Source: an uncultured Arcobacteraceae bacterium (lineage in GTDB: Bacteria > Campylobacterota > Campylobacteria > Campylobacterales > Arcobacteraceae). From it: a DNA stretch of 64,000 bases. Location: positions 1 to 64,000 of the forward strand of contig CAXHZO010000012.1 of assembly GCA_964022095.1 (NCBI GenBank), read 5' to 3'. Below are positions 8,639 through 18,644 of the stretch, one piece after another. Under the pieces are notes generated by a model. It ran no database searches. It had not been told where the DNA came from and saw only the letters and a list, made by a program, of their open reading frames with translations. A program made the position numbers and the translations under genes. Position 1 is the stretch's first letter, and each line of letters begins with the position of its first letter.

Positions 8639-8777
8639 TTTAGTATATATGCTAAATTATAAGCTATAAATTATAATAAACTCATTGTTTTAATAATATT
8701 TAGTATATAAACTAAATATAAAGTTAATATTAATTTTATTGCATATATAATTAGTCATATTTAACTTATATACTAAA
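8639..8777. promoter_or_regulatory. Three palindromic operators TTTAG-N8-CTAAA upstream of the hipB-like gene
   Basis: 8639-8656 TTTAG-TATATATG-CTAAA; 8699-8716 TTTAG-TATATAAA-CTAAA; 8760-8777 TTTAA-CTTATATA-CTAAA; spaced 60 and 61 bp. Confidence 0.75.
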
Positions 8778-8800
8778 TAAGAGTGTAAAAAAGAGAAAAA

Positions 8801-9013
8801 ATGGAATTAACAGTTAATAGAATAGGTAAAATTATAAAGAATAGAAGAAAAGAGTTAAATCTTGAATTAAAAGATTTACAAGATTATTCTGGTGTAAATT
8901 ATGTATCAATTTCTGATATTGAAAATGGTAAATCAAATCCCACAATTAAAACTTTAGAAAAACTTTTAGATGTATTAGGAATGCAAATAAATATTGATGT
9001 GGTAAGTAAATAA
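8801..9013 (+). CDS. HipB-like XRE HTH antitoxin/regulator
   Basis: IKNRRKELNL...SISDIENGKSNPTIKTLEKLL HTH_3 pattern; first gene of the hip operon. Confidence 0.9.
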   Translation: MELTVNRIGKIIKNRRKELNLELKDLQDYSGVNYVSISDIENGKSNPTIKTLEKLLDVLGMQINIDVVSK

Positions 9014-9339
9014 TGCAAAAAGCTAAAGTTTATAGAAATAATATACTTGCTGGTTATCTTATAAAATATAGTGATAGTGAATATAGCTTTATTTATGATA
9101 GTGAGTATTTGAAAATGCCAAATATAAAACCTATTAGTTTGACCTTACCATTACAAGAAAATGAATTTAAATCAAATCATCTATTTCCATTTTTTTATAA
9201 TTTATTAGCTGAAGGAAAATTAAAAGATATTCAGTGTCGTGAACTTAGAATAGATAAAAGTGATGATTTTTCTAGATTAATTCTTACAACAAAAGAAAAT
9301 ACAATTGGTTCTATTACAATTGAAAAAGAAGAGATATAA
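9013..9339 (+). CDS. HipA N-terminal-domain protein (HipS-like)
   Basis: AGYL...YSFIYD...PISLTLPL...LFPFFYNLLAEG, the HipA N-terminal coupled-domain pattern. Confidence 0.9.
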   Translation: MQKAKVYRNNILAGYLIKYSDSEYSFIYDSEYLKMPNIKPISLTLPLQENEFKSNHLFPFFYNLLAEGKLKDIQCRELRIDKSDDFSRLILTTKENTIGSITIEKEEI

Positions 9340-9341
9340 AT

Positions 9342-10343
9342 ATGGAAAATAACAGTTGTTTAGGTTGTTTAGCAACTAATAAGAAACTTACTAATAATTA
9401 TTGTTCAAAGTGTATAAAAGAACTATTTGCTGGAACTATACCAAATCCTCTAAATTTTGACAAAGTTGAATTTACTAAAAAAAGAGCTGAATTGTCTTCG
9501 AGAATGTCTATCTCTGGAGTACAAGATAAAATTTCTTTAGCTTTTGAAAAAAAAGATTTAGTTCCAACTGCAACAAATGGAAAATATATACTTAAACCAA
9601 TTACAAGTGGTGAGGGGCATATCAATAATGAAAAAGATACAGCTGCAAATGAACATGTATCAATGCTTATCTCTAAAAATATATTCAATATACCAACAGC
9701 AAACTGTGGATTAATAGAATTTAGTGATAAAGAACTTGCATATATCACTAAAAGATTTGATTATGATGAAGCAGGAATGAAATATGATCAAGAAGATTTT
9801 GCTGGAGTATTAGGAGTATCTCCTTTTACTCATGGAGAAAACTATAAATATGATGCTTGTACTTATGTAGATTGTGCAAGAATGATAAAAAAACATGTTG
9901 CTACAAGTATTGTTTCAATAGAAGATTTCTTTAAAAGAATAGTTTTAAACTATCTAATTTGTAATGGTGATGCTCATCTTAAAAACTTCTCACTATATAG
10001 TAAATCAAATTCAAATGAATATTTTTTAACTCCAAATTATGATTTATTAAATACTAGGTTCCATGTAAATGAAAAATATGGAGATATGGCAATAGAACTA
10101 CTTGATGATTATACATCTACTTATGAAGCATATGGATATTACACATATGATGATTTTAAAACTTTTGCAAAATATATTGATCTACCAGAAGTTAGATTTA
10201 ATAAAATCATGCAGTTTATAGAAGATTCTTTTTCTAAGGTTGAAGAACTGATTAATAAATCATTTTTGAGACCAGATGCAAAAGAGTTTTATATAGAAAA
10301 CTATAAAGACAGAATGAAGAGATTAAGAATTAAAAAATCATAA
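9342..10343 (+). CDS. HipA-family Ser/Thr kinase toxin (HipT-like)
   Basis: Gly-rich loop MSISGVQDK, YITKRFD, NGDAHLKNFS catalytic motif, PNYDLL. Confidence 0.92.
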   Translation: MENNSCLGCLATNKKLTNNYCSKCIKELFAGTIPNPLNFDKVEFTKKRAELSSRMSISGVQDKISLAFEKKDLVPTATNGKYILKPITSGEGHINNEKDTAANEHVSMLISKNIFNIPTANCGLIEFSDKELAYITKRFDYDEAGMKYDQEDFAGVLGVSPFTHGENYKYDACTYVDCARMIKKHVATSIVSIEDFFKRIVLNYLICNGDAHLKNFSLYSKSNSNEYFLTPNYDLLNTRFHVNEKYGDMAIELLDDYTSTYEAYGYYTYDDFKTFAKYIDLPEVRFNKIMQFIEDSFSKVEELINKSFLRPDAKEFYIENYKDRMKRLRIKKS

Positions 10344-10383
10344 AATATCTTCTTCTTTTTTTATTGCTTTTTCAATATTAAAA

Positions 10384-10419
10384 AAATGAGTCATTTCTGA
10401 GACATTTATTAGCTATAAT
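10384..10419 (+). promoter_or_regulatory. sbcD promoter: imperfect palindrome next to a TATAAT -10 box
   Basis: AAATGAGTCA-TTTC-TGAGACATTT (10384-10407; 8/10 arms); TATAAT at 10414-10419. Confidence 0.5.
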
Positions 10420-10449
10420 AAAATAACAATAAATAATATCAGGTTTTAT

Positions 10450-11664
10450 ATGAAGATACTCCATACCTCAGACTGGCACTTAGGTCAAAACTTTATGGGA
10501 AAAAGTAGAGTTGATGAACACTCATCTTTCCTAGATTGGCTTTTAAAAATAATAAAAGAACAAAACATCCAAGTACTTTTAGTAGCAGGAGATATTTTTG
10601 ATACTGGAACACCACCAAACTATGCATTAGAGCTTTACTATAACTTTCTAAAAGAGTTAGCAAACATAAAAACTCTAAAAAACACTATCATAACAGCTGG
10701 AAATCACGACTCAATCTCTACACTAAAAGCACCAAAACAACTACTTGAAGTTTTAAATGTAAATGTCATAACTACAGGAGATGTTGATGAAAACATAATT
10801 ATACCAATAAAGCAAGATGATAAAATCCAAGCTATCGTATGTGCAGTTCCATTTTTAAGAGATAGTGTTATAAGAGAGTCAATCTCTGGACAAACAATAA
10901 GTGATAAAGAAAAAGTAGCAAATAGTGGTATAAAAAACTTCTATGAAAACACATATAAAAAAGCACTTGAACTAAAACCAAGTGAAAACACACCACTAAT
11001 AGCTATGGGACATCTTACAACTGTAGGAAGTAGAACTAGTGAAAGTGAAAGGGATATCTATATAGGAGGTACACTTGATATTGGTGGGGATTATTTAGGC
11101 TCACTATTTGACTATGTGGCTTTAGGGCATCTTCATATCAATCAAACAGTTGGAGCTAATCATGTTCGATACTCAGGCTCTCCAATACCTCTTAGTTTTT
11201 CAGAATGTAAAAACACTCAAAAAGTAAATATCGTAAGTTTTGATAACAATACAGATGAAAAAAATATAGAAGTTCAAGAGTTAGAAATCCCATTAAAAAG
11301 AAAACTTCAAATTATCAAAGGTGATTTGGAAGCTGTAAAAAAAGAGTTAGAAAATATCACAGATAAAAACACATGGATAGAAGTGCAACTAAAAGATGAT
11401 AATCCAATGTTTGCAAACACTGAAATAAGAGAACTAGCTACAAAACTAGAGCTGATACTATTAGCAGTGAAGATAGAAAAAAGTGAAAAACAACTAAGAG
11501 CCAAAGAGCTAAAAGCCATAAGCTTAGATGAACTAAGTATCGATGAAGTTTTTGCAAAAAGAATTGACCTTGAAAACATAGATGATAAAGATTTTGAGCA
11601 AGAACTTATAACAAACTTCAAACAAGTAGTTTCAAAAGTGCAAGATAGTGGAGCTGCACAATGA
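10450..11664 (+). CDS. sbcD: Exonuclease SbcCD subunit D (Mre11-like)
   Basis: HTSDWHLG, AGDIFD, AGNHD, ALGHLH and RYSGSP metallophosphoesterase motifs. Confidence 0.97.
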   Translation: MKILHTSDWHLGQNFMGKSRVDEHSSFLDWLLKIIKEQNIQVLLVAGDIFDTGTPPNYALELYYNFLKELANIKTLKNTIITAGNHDSISTLKAPKQLLEVLNVNVITTGDVDENIIIPIKQDDKIQAIVCAVPFLRDSVIRESISGQTISDKEKVANSGIKNFYENTYKKALELKPSENTPLIAMGHLTTVGSRTSESERDIYIGGTLDIGGDYLGSLFDYVALGHLHINQTVGANHVRYSGSPIPLSFSECKNTQKVNIVSFDNNTDEKNIEVQELEIPLKRKLQIIKGDLEAVKKELENITDKNTWIEVQLKDDNPMFANTEIRELATKLELILLAVKIEKSEKQLRAKELKAISLDELSIDEVFAKRIDLENIDDKDFEQELITNFKQVVSKVQDSGAAQ

Positions 11665-14600
11665 AAATACTAAAAGTAAAATCACTAAATATAAACTCCC
11701 TAAAAGGTGAGTTTGAAATAGACTTTGAAAAGTTTTTACAAGATGAATCACTTTTTGCTATTACAGGACCTACTGGTGCTGGTAAAAGTACTATCTTAGA
11801 TATCATAACTTGTGCTATGTATGGACGAACTGCAAGACTTCAAAGCCCACCAAATGAACTTATGAGTAGACACACGGGTGAGTGTCTTTGTGAAGTTGAG
11901 TTTGAAGTAAAAAATCAAAAATATAGAAGTTCATGGAGTCAAAAAAGAGCTAGAAAAAGTGCAGATGGAAACTTCCAAACTGCAAAGATGGAAATAGTAG
12001 AAATATCTACAAACAAAGTAATAGAATCAAAACTTAGAGTTGTTCCAAAATATATAGAAAACTTATCGGGACTTGATTTTGATAGATTTATTCAATCTAT
12101 GATGTTAGCCCAAGGAAGTTTTGATGCATTTTTAAAAGCAAAAGAAAATGAGCGTTCAAGTTTACTTGAAAAAATCACGGGAACATATATCTATAAACAA
12201 ATCTCAAAAGAGATTTACGATACATATTCACAAAAAAACAAAGAGATAGAAAACGATACTATCGCAATAGGAAGTATCGAGTTATTAGATTCTGAAATAT
12301 TGGAAGAAAAAACAAAACACCTAAATGAACACAAAACAAAAAAACAAGAACTAGACAAAAAAGAAAAAGAGCTAAAAACTATATCTTCATGGCTTGAAAA
12401 CCTGCAAAAACTAGAAGCCGATGATATAAAATATACTTTTGAGTTCGAGCAAATATCAAAAGAAAAAGAAGATAAAAAAGAAGACTTCTTACGCCTTGAG
12501 TTATCTCAAAAAGCCCTAAGAATACAACCAATAAGCCAAGAGAAAAACTCACTTGAAATCTCTATAAATCAAGACAAAAATAGACTTCAAACTCTAAGTA
12601 CTGAACAAACAAGTTTAAAAGAAACACTAAAAAACACAAAAATAGAGCAAAACGCTACAAATGAACTTTTGCAAAAAGAAAAAATATCATTTGAGAAAAA
12701 TAGTACCAAACTAAAAGAGCTAAGAGATATACAATCTCAAATCAAAAGTAAAACAAATCAAAACCAAGAACTACAAAACAAACTTTTAAAACTAAAGCAA
12801 GATTTAGCCAATCTATTTGGTATAGATATAAATAGTTTATTATCAGATGACACCTTGATAAATCAAAATCTAAATAAACAAAACCAAGAACTACAAACTC
12901 TTAAAACAAACCTAGAATCAATAACAAGCAAATACAAGCAAATAGAAGAAAAAACATCAAGCCTAACACTTCAAGAGAGTAAAACAAGATCAAAACTTAG
13001 ACAACTAGAAGAGCTTTTAAAATCACTTGATGAATACAATATTTTAGTAGAAAATATAAAATCAGAACAAGAACTACAAAAACAGTACTTACAAGAAACA
13101 GACTCAATAAAAGCCATAAATACTCAAAAAGAAAAACTAATAAACCAAATAAACCAAACCTTAGAAACACTAAAAGAAAAAAGAGACACAGAACTTCTAA
13201 TAAAAAACTACGAAGAAGATAGAGCCAAACTAAAAGATAATCAAGAGTGCTTTTTATGTGGCTCAAAAGAGCATCCATATGTAAACCATAGTTTACAAAT
13301 AGATACAGATGCCACAACACAAAAAATCAAAGAGCAAGAAACACTATTATCAAGTGAAAATGATGAACTAAACGAAAGCAAAATAAACCTAGCCAAACTA
13401 AACTCAAAACTAGAATCATCTACTCTAGAAGTAGAAAAAATCAAAACCAAAAAAGATGAAATAGAAGAGTTTTTTACTACTTGTAGATTCAAACAAGATG
13501 ATGACTCAAAAGCAAAACTACTTGAAGAAATAGAGCAAAAAGAAAAAGAGTTAGAACAAATAGTAGTATTAAGAGAGCAAAAAGATAGCTTATCACTACA
13601 AAAAGAGAATCTACAAGCTAAATACAACTCTTTAGAGCAATCACAACTAAAAACAAAAACTCTAATCACTTCAAACAATGACTTACAAATAGAACTAACA
13701 ACAATAAGCGATGAGATACAAAACTTGCAAAACAAAAGCAAGAGTATCTTAGATATAGATGATATAAATAGTTTTGAAGTCTCTATTACCAAAAGTTTTA
13801 ATTCAATACAAGAAAAACACAACACAATACAAAACACACTATCAACACTAAACTCAAAAGATGAGTCACTAGTAAAACAAATAGAAGAGCTAAACACAAA
13901 AAAACAAAACGATAGCAAAACACTAATAGAACTAGAAGGGAAGTTTCAAGCTGCACTACAAGAGTATAACTTCACTTCAAAGCAAGAGTTTGAAAAAAAT
14001 CTCATACCAAAAGATGAATACGAAAAACTAAACCAGTCATGCAAAAGCATAGAAGACAGATACACACAAATAAATACACTAAAAACAGACACAACAAACA
14101 AACTAAAAGAGCAAAAAGAACTAAAACTAAGTATTAGAAAACTAGAAGAAGTAAATGAAGAGTTAAACACACTACAAACTTCAATAGATGAACTTCAAAA
14201 ATCAATAGGAAGTATCGAAACACAACTAGAAATAAACGCTACAAATAGAAAAAAACACGAAGATAAAATAGCCCAACTAGAAAAGAAAAAAGAGTCTTTT
14301 AAAGTATGGGTAAAACTAAATGAAATGATAGGCTCAAGCCAAGGGGACAAGTTCGCAAAATTTGCTCAAGGTATCACACTAGACCAGCTAATCTACCTAG
14401 CAAACAAACACCTAAAAATCTTAAGCCCAAGATATGAACTCCAAAGAGCCACAGAATCAAATAAACTACTAGAAATAGAGATAATCGACGGTTTCCAAGG
14501 TGATGTATCAAGACCTGTAAGTACACTATCAGGAGGGGAGGGCTTCATAGTAAGTCTATCTTTAGCCTTAGGATTATCAAGTCTAGCAAGTCAAAAGATA

Positions 14601-14807
14601 AGTATAGATTCACTTTTCTTAGATGAAGGGTTTGGAACACTAGATAGCGATAGCTTAGAGTTAGCACTAAATGCACTAAATCAACTACAAAGTTCAGGAA
14701 AGATGGTAGGTGTGATTTCCCATGTGGAAGCACTAAAAGAGCGAATTCCATTGCAGATAAAGGTTGAGCCTAAAGGTGATGGGACGAGTGGGTTGGATTT
14801 GAATTAG
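11661..14807 (+). CDS. sbcC: Exonuclease SbcCD subunit C (Rad50-like SMC ATPase)
   Basis: Walker A GPTGAGKS, zinc hook CFLCGS, signature LSGGE, Walker B LFLDEGFG, long coiled coil. Confidence 0.97.
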   Translation: MKILKVKSLNINSLKGEFEIDFEKFLQDESLFAITGPTGAGKSTILDIITCAMYGRTARLQSPPNELMSRHTGECLCEVEFEVKNQKYRSSWSQKRARKSADGNFQTAKMEIVEISTNKVIESKLRVVPKYIENLSGLDFDRFIQSMMLAQGSFDAFLKAKENERSSLLEKITGTYIYKQISKEIYDTYSQKNKEIENDTIAIGSIELLDSEILEEKTKHLNEHKTKKQELDKKEKELKTISSWLENLQKLEADDIKYTFEFEQISKEKEDKKEDFLRLELSQKALRIQPISQEKNSLEISINQDKNRLQTLSTEQTSLKETLKNTKIEQNATNELLQKEKISFEKNSTKLKELRDIQSQIKSKTNQNQELQNKLLKLKQDLANLFGIDINSLLSDDTLINQNLNKQNQELQTLKTNLESITSKYKQIEEKTSSLTLQESKTRSKLRQLEELLKSLDEYNILVENIKSEQELQKQYLQETDSIKAINTQKEKLINQINQTLETLKEKRDTELLIKNYEEDRAKLKDNQECFLCGSKEHPYVNHSLQIDTDATTQKIKEQETLLSSENDELNESKINLAKLNSKLESSTLEVEKIKTKKDEIEEFFTTCRFKQDDDSKAKLLEEIEQKEKELEQIVVLREQKDSLSLQKENLQAKYNSLEQSQLKTKTLITSNNDLQIELTTISDEIQNLQNKSKSILDIDDINSFEVSITKSFNSIQEKHNTIQNTLSTLNSKDESLVKQIEELNTKKQNDSKTLIELEGKFQAALQEYNFTSKQEFEKNLIPKDEYEKLNQSCKSIEDRYTQINTLKTDTTNKLKEQKELKLSIRKLEEVNEELNTLQTSIDELQKSIGSIETQLEINATNRKKHEDKIAQLEKKKESFKVWVKLNEMIGSSQGDKFAKFAQGITLDQLIYLANKHLKILSPRYELQRATESNKLLEIEIIDGFQGDVSRPVSTLSGGEGFIVSLSLALGLSSLASQKISIDSLFLDEGFGTLDSDSLELALNALNQLQSSGKMVGVISHVEALKERIPLQIKVEPKGDGTSGLDLN

Positions 14808-14817
14808 AAGGAAATGA

Positions 14818-16746
14818 ATGTATTTAAAAAGTCTTAAGATAGAGAATTTTAGAAAATTTGAAAAAATAAATGTAGAGTTTACAAAAGGTTTAAATCTTCT
14901 TGTAGGTGAAAATGATGCAGGAAAGACAGCAATTATAGATTCAATTAAATATGTTTTGCAGACTCAAAGTTTTGATTATATTAGACCTTCTTATGAAGAT
15001 TTTTATCTAAAGCCTGAAGACAACGAAATTAATAGAACAAATGAATTTTATATTGAATGTATTTTTGAAGATTTAAAACCTTATGAAGCAAGTAGTTTTT
15101 TAGAGTGGCTAGGACTTGATGATGAAGGGAAAAGCTATTTAAAAATTTGGCTAATAGCAAAAAGAAATGATAGAAAAATATCTTATGAAATTAGAGCGGG
15201 AGCAGATGATGAAGGAAATCAATTAAATGGTGAATCACGAGATTATCTGAGAGTAATATATTTAAAAGCATTAAGAGATGCAGAAAGTGAGCTAACTCCT
15301 AAAAAAGGTTCAAGACTTTCTCAAATACTTGATAGTCACGAACATTTTGAAAATAAAGAAGAACATAAGCTAAAAGAAATAATGGAAAAGACTAATGAAG
15401 AAATTGAAAAATACTTTTCTGAAGAAGACGGTAAAGAATTATTAGAAGATTTAAACACTTATTTAAAAAGTTTCTCATTATCAACAAATGAATTAAAAAG
15501 TAAATTCTTAATGAGTGGCAGTTCTTTAAAATCTATTCTTGAAAAACTTTCATTAAAACTTTTTAATCATGAAGTTTCTGAAAATAACTCTCAAGGTTTA
15601 GGTTCTCATAATTTGTTATATATTGCAGCAGAGCTTTTATTACTGAAGAAATTAGATTATGCAGGATTAAAATTAGGACTTGTAGAAGAAATTGAAGCAC
15701 ATCTTCATCCTCAAACTCAAATTAAACTTATTGAAGCAATTCAAGATATTGGAGAATCTAATGATATTCAATTTATTATGACGACACATAGTCCAAATTT
15801 AGCTTCGAAAATAAAACTTAGTAATTTGATTATTGTAAGAAATGGGAATACTTATTCTATGGGTAGTAGTTTTACTAAACTTGAAAAAGGAGATTATTAC
15901 TTTTTAGAAAGATTTTTAGATTCAACTAAGGCAAACTTATTTTTTGCAAATGGAGTAATATTAGTCGAAGGTGATGCAGAAAATATATTATTACCAACAA
16001 TAGCAAAATTGATGGGTAAAAGTTTATCTAATTATGGAGTTAGTATAGTTAATGTTGGAAGTGTTGCATTTTTACGATATTCGAATATTTTTCTAAGACA
16101 GTCAGAACCACATTTTATTACTCCTATTGCAGTAGTAACTGATGTAGATGTAAAACCATTTAAAAGTAAAGAAAAACTTTCTTTAAAAATAGAAAAAATA
16201 AGTAACTTTTCAATATCTGATAAGTTATTGATTTTGCCCCAAAAAATAGTAAGGAAAAAAACAAAATTTTATATTGAACGTGATTACAAATTTGAAGAAG
16301 TTGAAATTAAAAGAAATAATACTATAGCGGAAAAAAATACAAAATATGACGAAGAAAAAGTTAAATCTTTTATCGCACCATTTTGGACACTAGAATATAC
16401 ACTAGCTTTAAGTAATTTATCACCATTATTTTATCGAGCAGTATATATTTGTAAAAAAACAAAGTCACGAGATTATGTTTATACAAATGTAGAAAAAACA
16501 ACTTTTATACAAGAATCGGATATTGAATATGATGGATGGATAACATCTGGAAAAAATATAGAAGAAATTGCTTTTATAATTTATAATGATACTATGATAA
16601 AAAAAACTAATCCTCTTTCAAAAGCAGTTGTTGCTCAAGTATTTGCTCAAATTTTAGATGAAACAGATTTAACTTTATACGATATAAACTCAGATGATAA
16701 ATTAAAGTATTTAGTTGATGCAATAAACTATGTAACTGGAAGTTGA
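14818..16746 (+). CDS. gajA: OLD-family ATP-dependent endonuclease (Gabija GajA-like)
   Basis: Walker A GENDAGKT, EEIEAHLHP, TTHSP; TOPRIM ILVEGDAE and DVD; TLE motif; followed by a UvrD helicase. Confidence 0.88.
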   Translation: MYLKSLKIENFRKFEKINVEFTKGLNLLVGENDAGKTAIIDSIKYVLQTQSFDYIRPSYEDFYLKPEDNEINRTNEFYIECIFEDLKPYEASSFLEWLGLDDEGKSYLKIWLIAKRNDRKISYEIRAGADDEGNQLNGESRDYLRVIYLKALRDAESELTPKKGSRLSQILDSHEHFENKEEHKLKEIMEKTNEEIEKYFSEEDGKELLEDLNTYLKSFSLSTNELKSKFLMSGSSLKSILEKLSLKLFNHEVSENNSQGLGSHNLLYIAAELLLLKKLDYAGLKLGLVEEIEAHLHPQTQIKLIEAIQDIGESNDIQFIMTTHSPNLASKIKLSNLIIVRNGNTYSMGSSFTKLEKGDYYFLERFLDSTKANLFFANGVILVEGDAENILLPTIAKLMGKSLSNYGVSIVNVGSVAFLRYSNIFLRQSEPHFITPIAVVTDVDVKPFKSKEKLSLKIEKISNFSISDKLLILPQKIVRKKTKFYIERDYKFEEVEIKRNNTIAEKNTKYDEEKVKSFIAPFWTLEYTLALSNLSPLFYRAVYICKKTKSRDYVYTNVEKTTFIQESDIEYDGWITSGKNIEEIAFIIYNDTMIKKTNPLSKAVVAQVFAQILDETDLTLYDINSDDKLKYLVDAINYVTGS

Positions 16747-16747
16747 A

Positions 16748-18643
16748 ATGATTCAGATTACAGATAATCATATAGAAGAATTTGAAAATAGATTTGAAAA
16801 CTTATCTTTTGATGCTGAAAGTAGAGCATTTATAAAATGTATAGAGTCAAAGGATATACAAGCTTGCCCAGGAGCCGGAAAAACTACTTCCTTAGTTGCT
16901 AAGCTAGATATTATTGCTTCACAAATGCCTTTTAAAGATAATAGTGGTGTTTTGGTGTTAACTCATACAAATGTTGCAGTTGATGAAATAAAAAAGAAAT
17001 TAGGATTAAATGCAAAAATATTACTTTCCTATCCGAATCATATTGGGACATTTCAATCTTTTGTCAATAAGTTTTTAGCGATACCTATGTATGTAAATAT
17101 TTTTGGAAAAAAGCCTGAAAGAATAGATTATGATTTATTTAATGAAAAACTATTACATAAACTCAATAAATATTATTTAAATAACTTTATACCTCAAAGT
17201 GCAGAAGCAAATAAGTATACGAGTTTAGAAGGTTTTATTAATGCCTTAACTGTAGAAGAAAATAGAATTAGTTTACCTCAGGCAGGAGGAAGAAGTAAAA
17301 CTATCGTAAATAGAGGAAAGCCTTCTTTTAGAAATATTAAAAGAGCAAAAGATGAAAATATAATAAGGCAAGTTGTATCAGATGGCTATTTAGCTTATCA
17401 TCATTGCTATGATTTAGCTAACAAATATTTGGATGACTATTCTAATATGAAAGAAGTTTTTCAAAAAAGATTTAAATATGTATTTATTGATGAAGTGCAA
17501 GATACTGATAATAATCAATTTGAAATCATAGATAAACTATTTTCAGGTAGTGATGTGATTATTCAAAAAATTGGTGACAAAAATCAAGAAATATTTTCAA
17601 ATTTAAAAACACAAGCTAATGGTTGGGAAGTGGGAAGTGATGCTTTAGAAATAAAAAATACTAAAAGATTATCGTCTATTATATCTGAGAAAGTAAGTCA
17701 TTTTGCAATTAATCCCCAAGAATTAAATGGTAATAACGAAATACAGATTCAACCCAGAATACTACTATTTGATGAGAAAAATATTGGAGAATTAGTTCTT
17801 CAAAAATTTGGTGATTTAATTTTTGAAAATAATTTACAAGATTTGAGTAATTCAAAGTTTAAAGCAATTGGTGCAGTAGGTAAAGTCCATGAAAGTAAGA
17901 TTACAATACCTGATTATTTTCCTTCTTTTAGTAAAAATGACAATAGGTCTTTAGAATATGAAACTTTAGTTGAAAAGATAGATTTGTTTGACAAAAAAAA
18001 GATACGAGTAAAAGACTACAGGAAAATTTTGCTAGATGTTATTATTGAGTATCTTAAAACTGAAGATATTAAATATAATGATAAATACTTTTCAAAAAAT
18101 TTGTTATTGAACTATTTAAAAGAGAAAGATAAACTACAATACAAGCTTTTCAAGTTAAAGCTATTTGAAGGTGTTAAAAAACTTTCAATAAGTGAATGTG
18201 TGTTTGATATTCTAAAAGAAAAAGTAGAAATAGTATTAGAATTATTAGGAAGTAGTTTTAATGAATCTGTCTTAGTAAATATAATAAAAAACTACAAAAT
18301 AGATTTATTACAAAAAACAACTCAAGATAAATATATTTATAGTAATTCAGATACTACATTTGATATTGAAATATCAACTATTCATAAAGTTAAAGGCGAA
18401 ACACATACTGCAACATTAATACTTGAATCTTTTAATAGAACATATGATTTACAACAACTCTTAAAATTATTAAAAGGACTGTCATTAAGAACTAGTAATA
18501 CGATTGATTTAAAAAAGAAATTACTATATGTAGCTATGTCTCGACCCACACATTTATTGTGTTTTGCAATGAATAAAGAACATGTTAAAAGTAATGATAT
18601 TAGTGAGCTTGAAGAGTGTGGATTTATAATAGAGGAAATTTAA
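16748..18643 (+). CDS. gajB: UvrD/Rep-family helicase (Gabija GajB-like)
   Basis: ACPGAGKT, LTHTN, IDEVQD, IGDKNQ, TIHKVKGETH, LYVAMSR; starts 1 nt after the gajA-like stop. Confidence 0.88.
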   Translation: MIQITDNHIEEFENRFENLSFDAESRAFIKCIESKDIQACPGAGKTTSLVAKLDIIASQMPFKDNSGVLVLTHTNVAVDEIKKKLGLNAKILLSYPNHIGTFQSFVNKFLAIPMYVNIFGKKPERIDYDLFNEKLLHKLNKYYLNNFIPQSAEANKYTSLEGFINALTVEENRISLPQAGGRSKTIVNRGKPSFRNIKRAKDENIIRQVVSDGYLAYHHCYDLANKYLDDYSNMKEVFQKRFKYVFIDEVQDTDNNQFEIIDKLFSGSDVIIQKIGDKNQEIFSNLKTQANGWEVGSDALEIKNTKRLSSIISEKVSHFAINPQELNGNNEIQIQPRILLFDEKNIGELVLQKFGDLIFENNLQDLSNSKFKAIGAVGKVHESKITIPDYFPSFSKNDNRSLEYETLVEKIDLFDKKKIRVKDYRKILLDVIIEYLKTEDIKYNDKYFSKNLLLNYLKEKDKLQYKLFKLKLFEGVKKLSISECVFDILKEKVEIVLELLGSSFNESVLVNIIKNYKIDLLQKTTQDKYIYSNSDTTFDIEISTIHKVKGETHTATLILESFNRTYDLQQLLKLLKGLSLRTSNTIDLKKKLLYVAMSRPTHLLCFAMNKEHVKSNDISELEECGFIIEEI

Positions 18644-18644
18644 T

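Noticed and set aside
8639-8777. CRISPR-like array (repeats every ~60 bp)
   Set aside because: Only three 18-bp AT-rich dyads, one inverted, with no cas genes; better explained as operators.
12997-14751. Antisense ORFs inside sbcC (similar ones inside DUF748, dapE, mutS2 and others)
   Set aside because: Shadow frames produced by codon bias of the real genes; no motifs or RBS.
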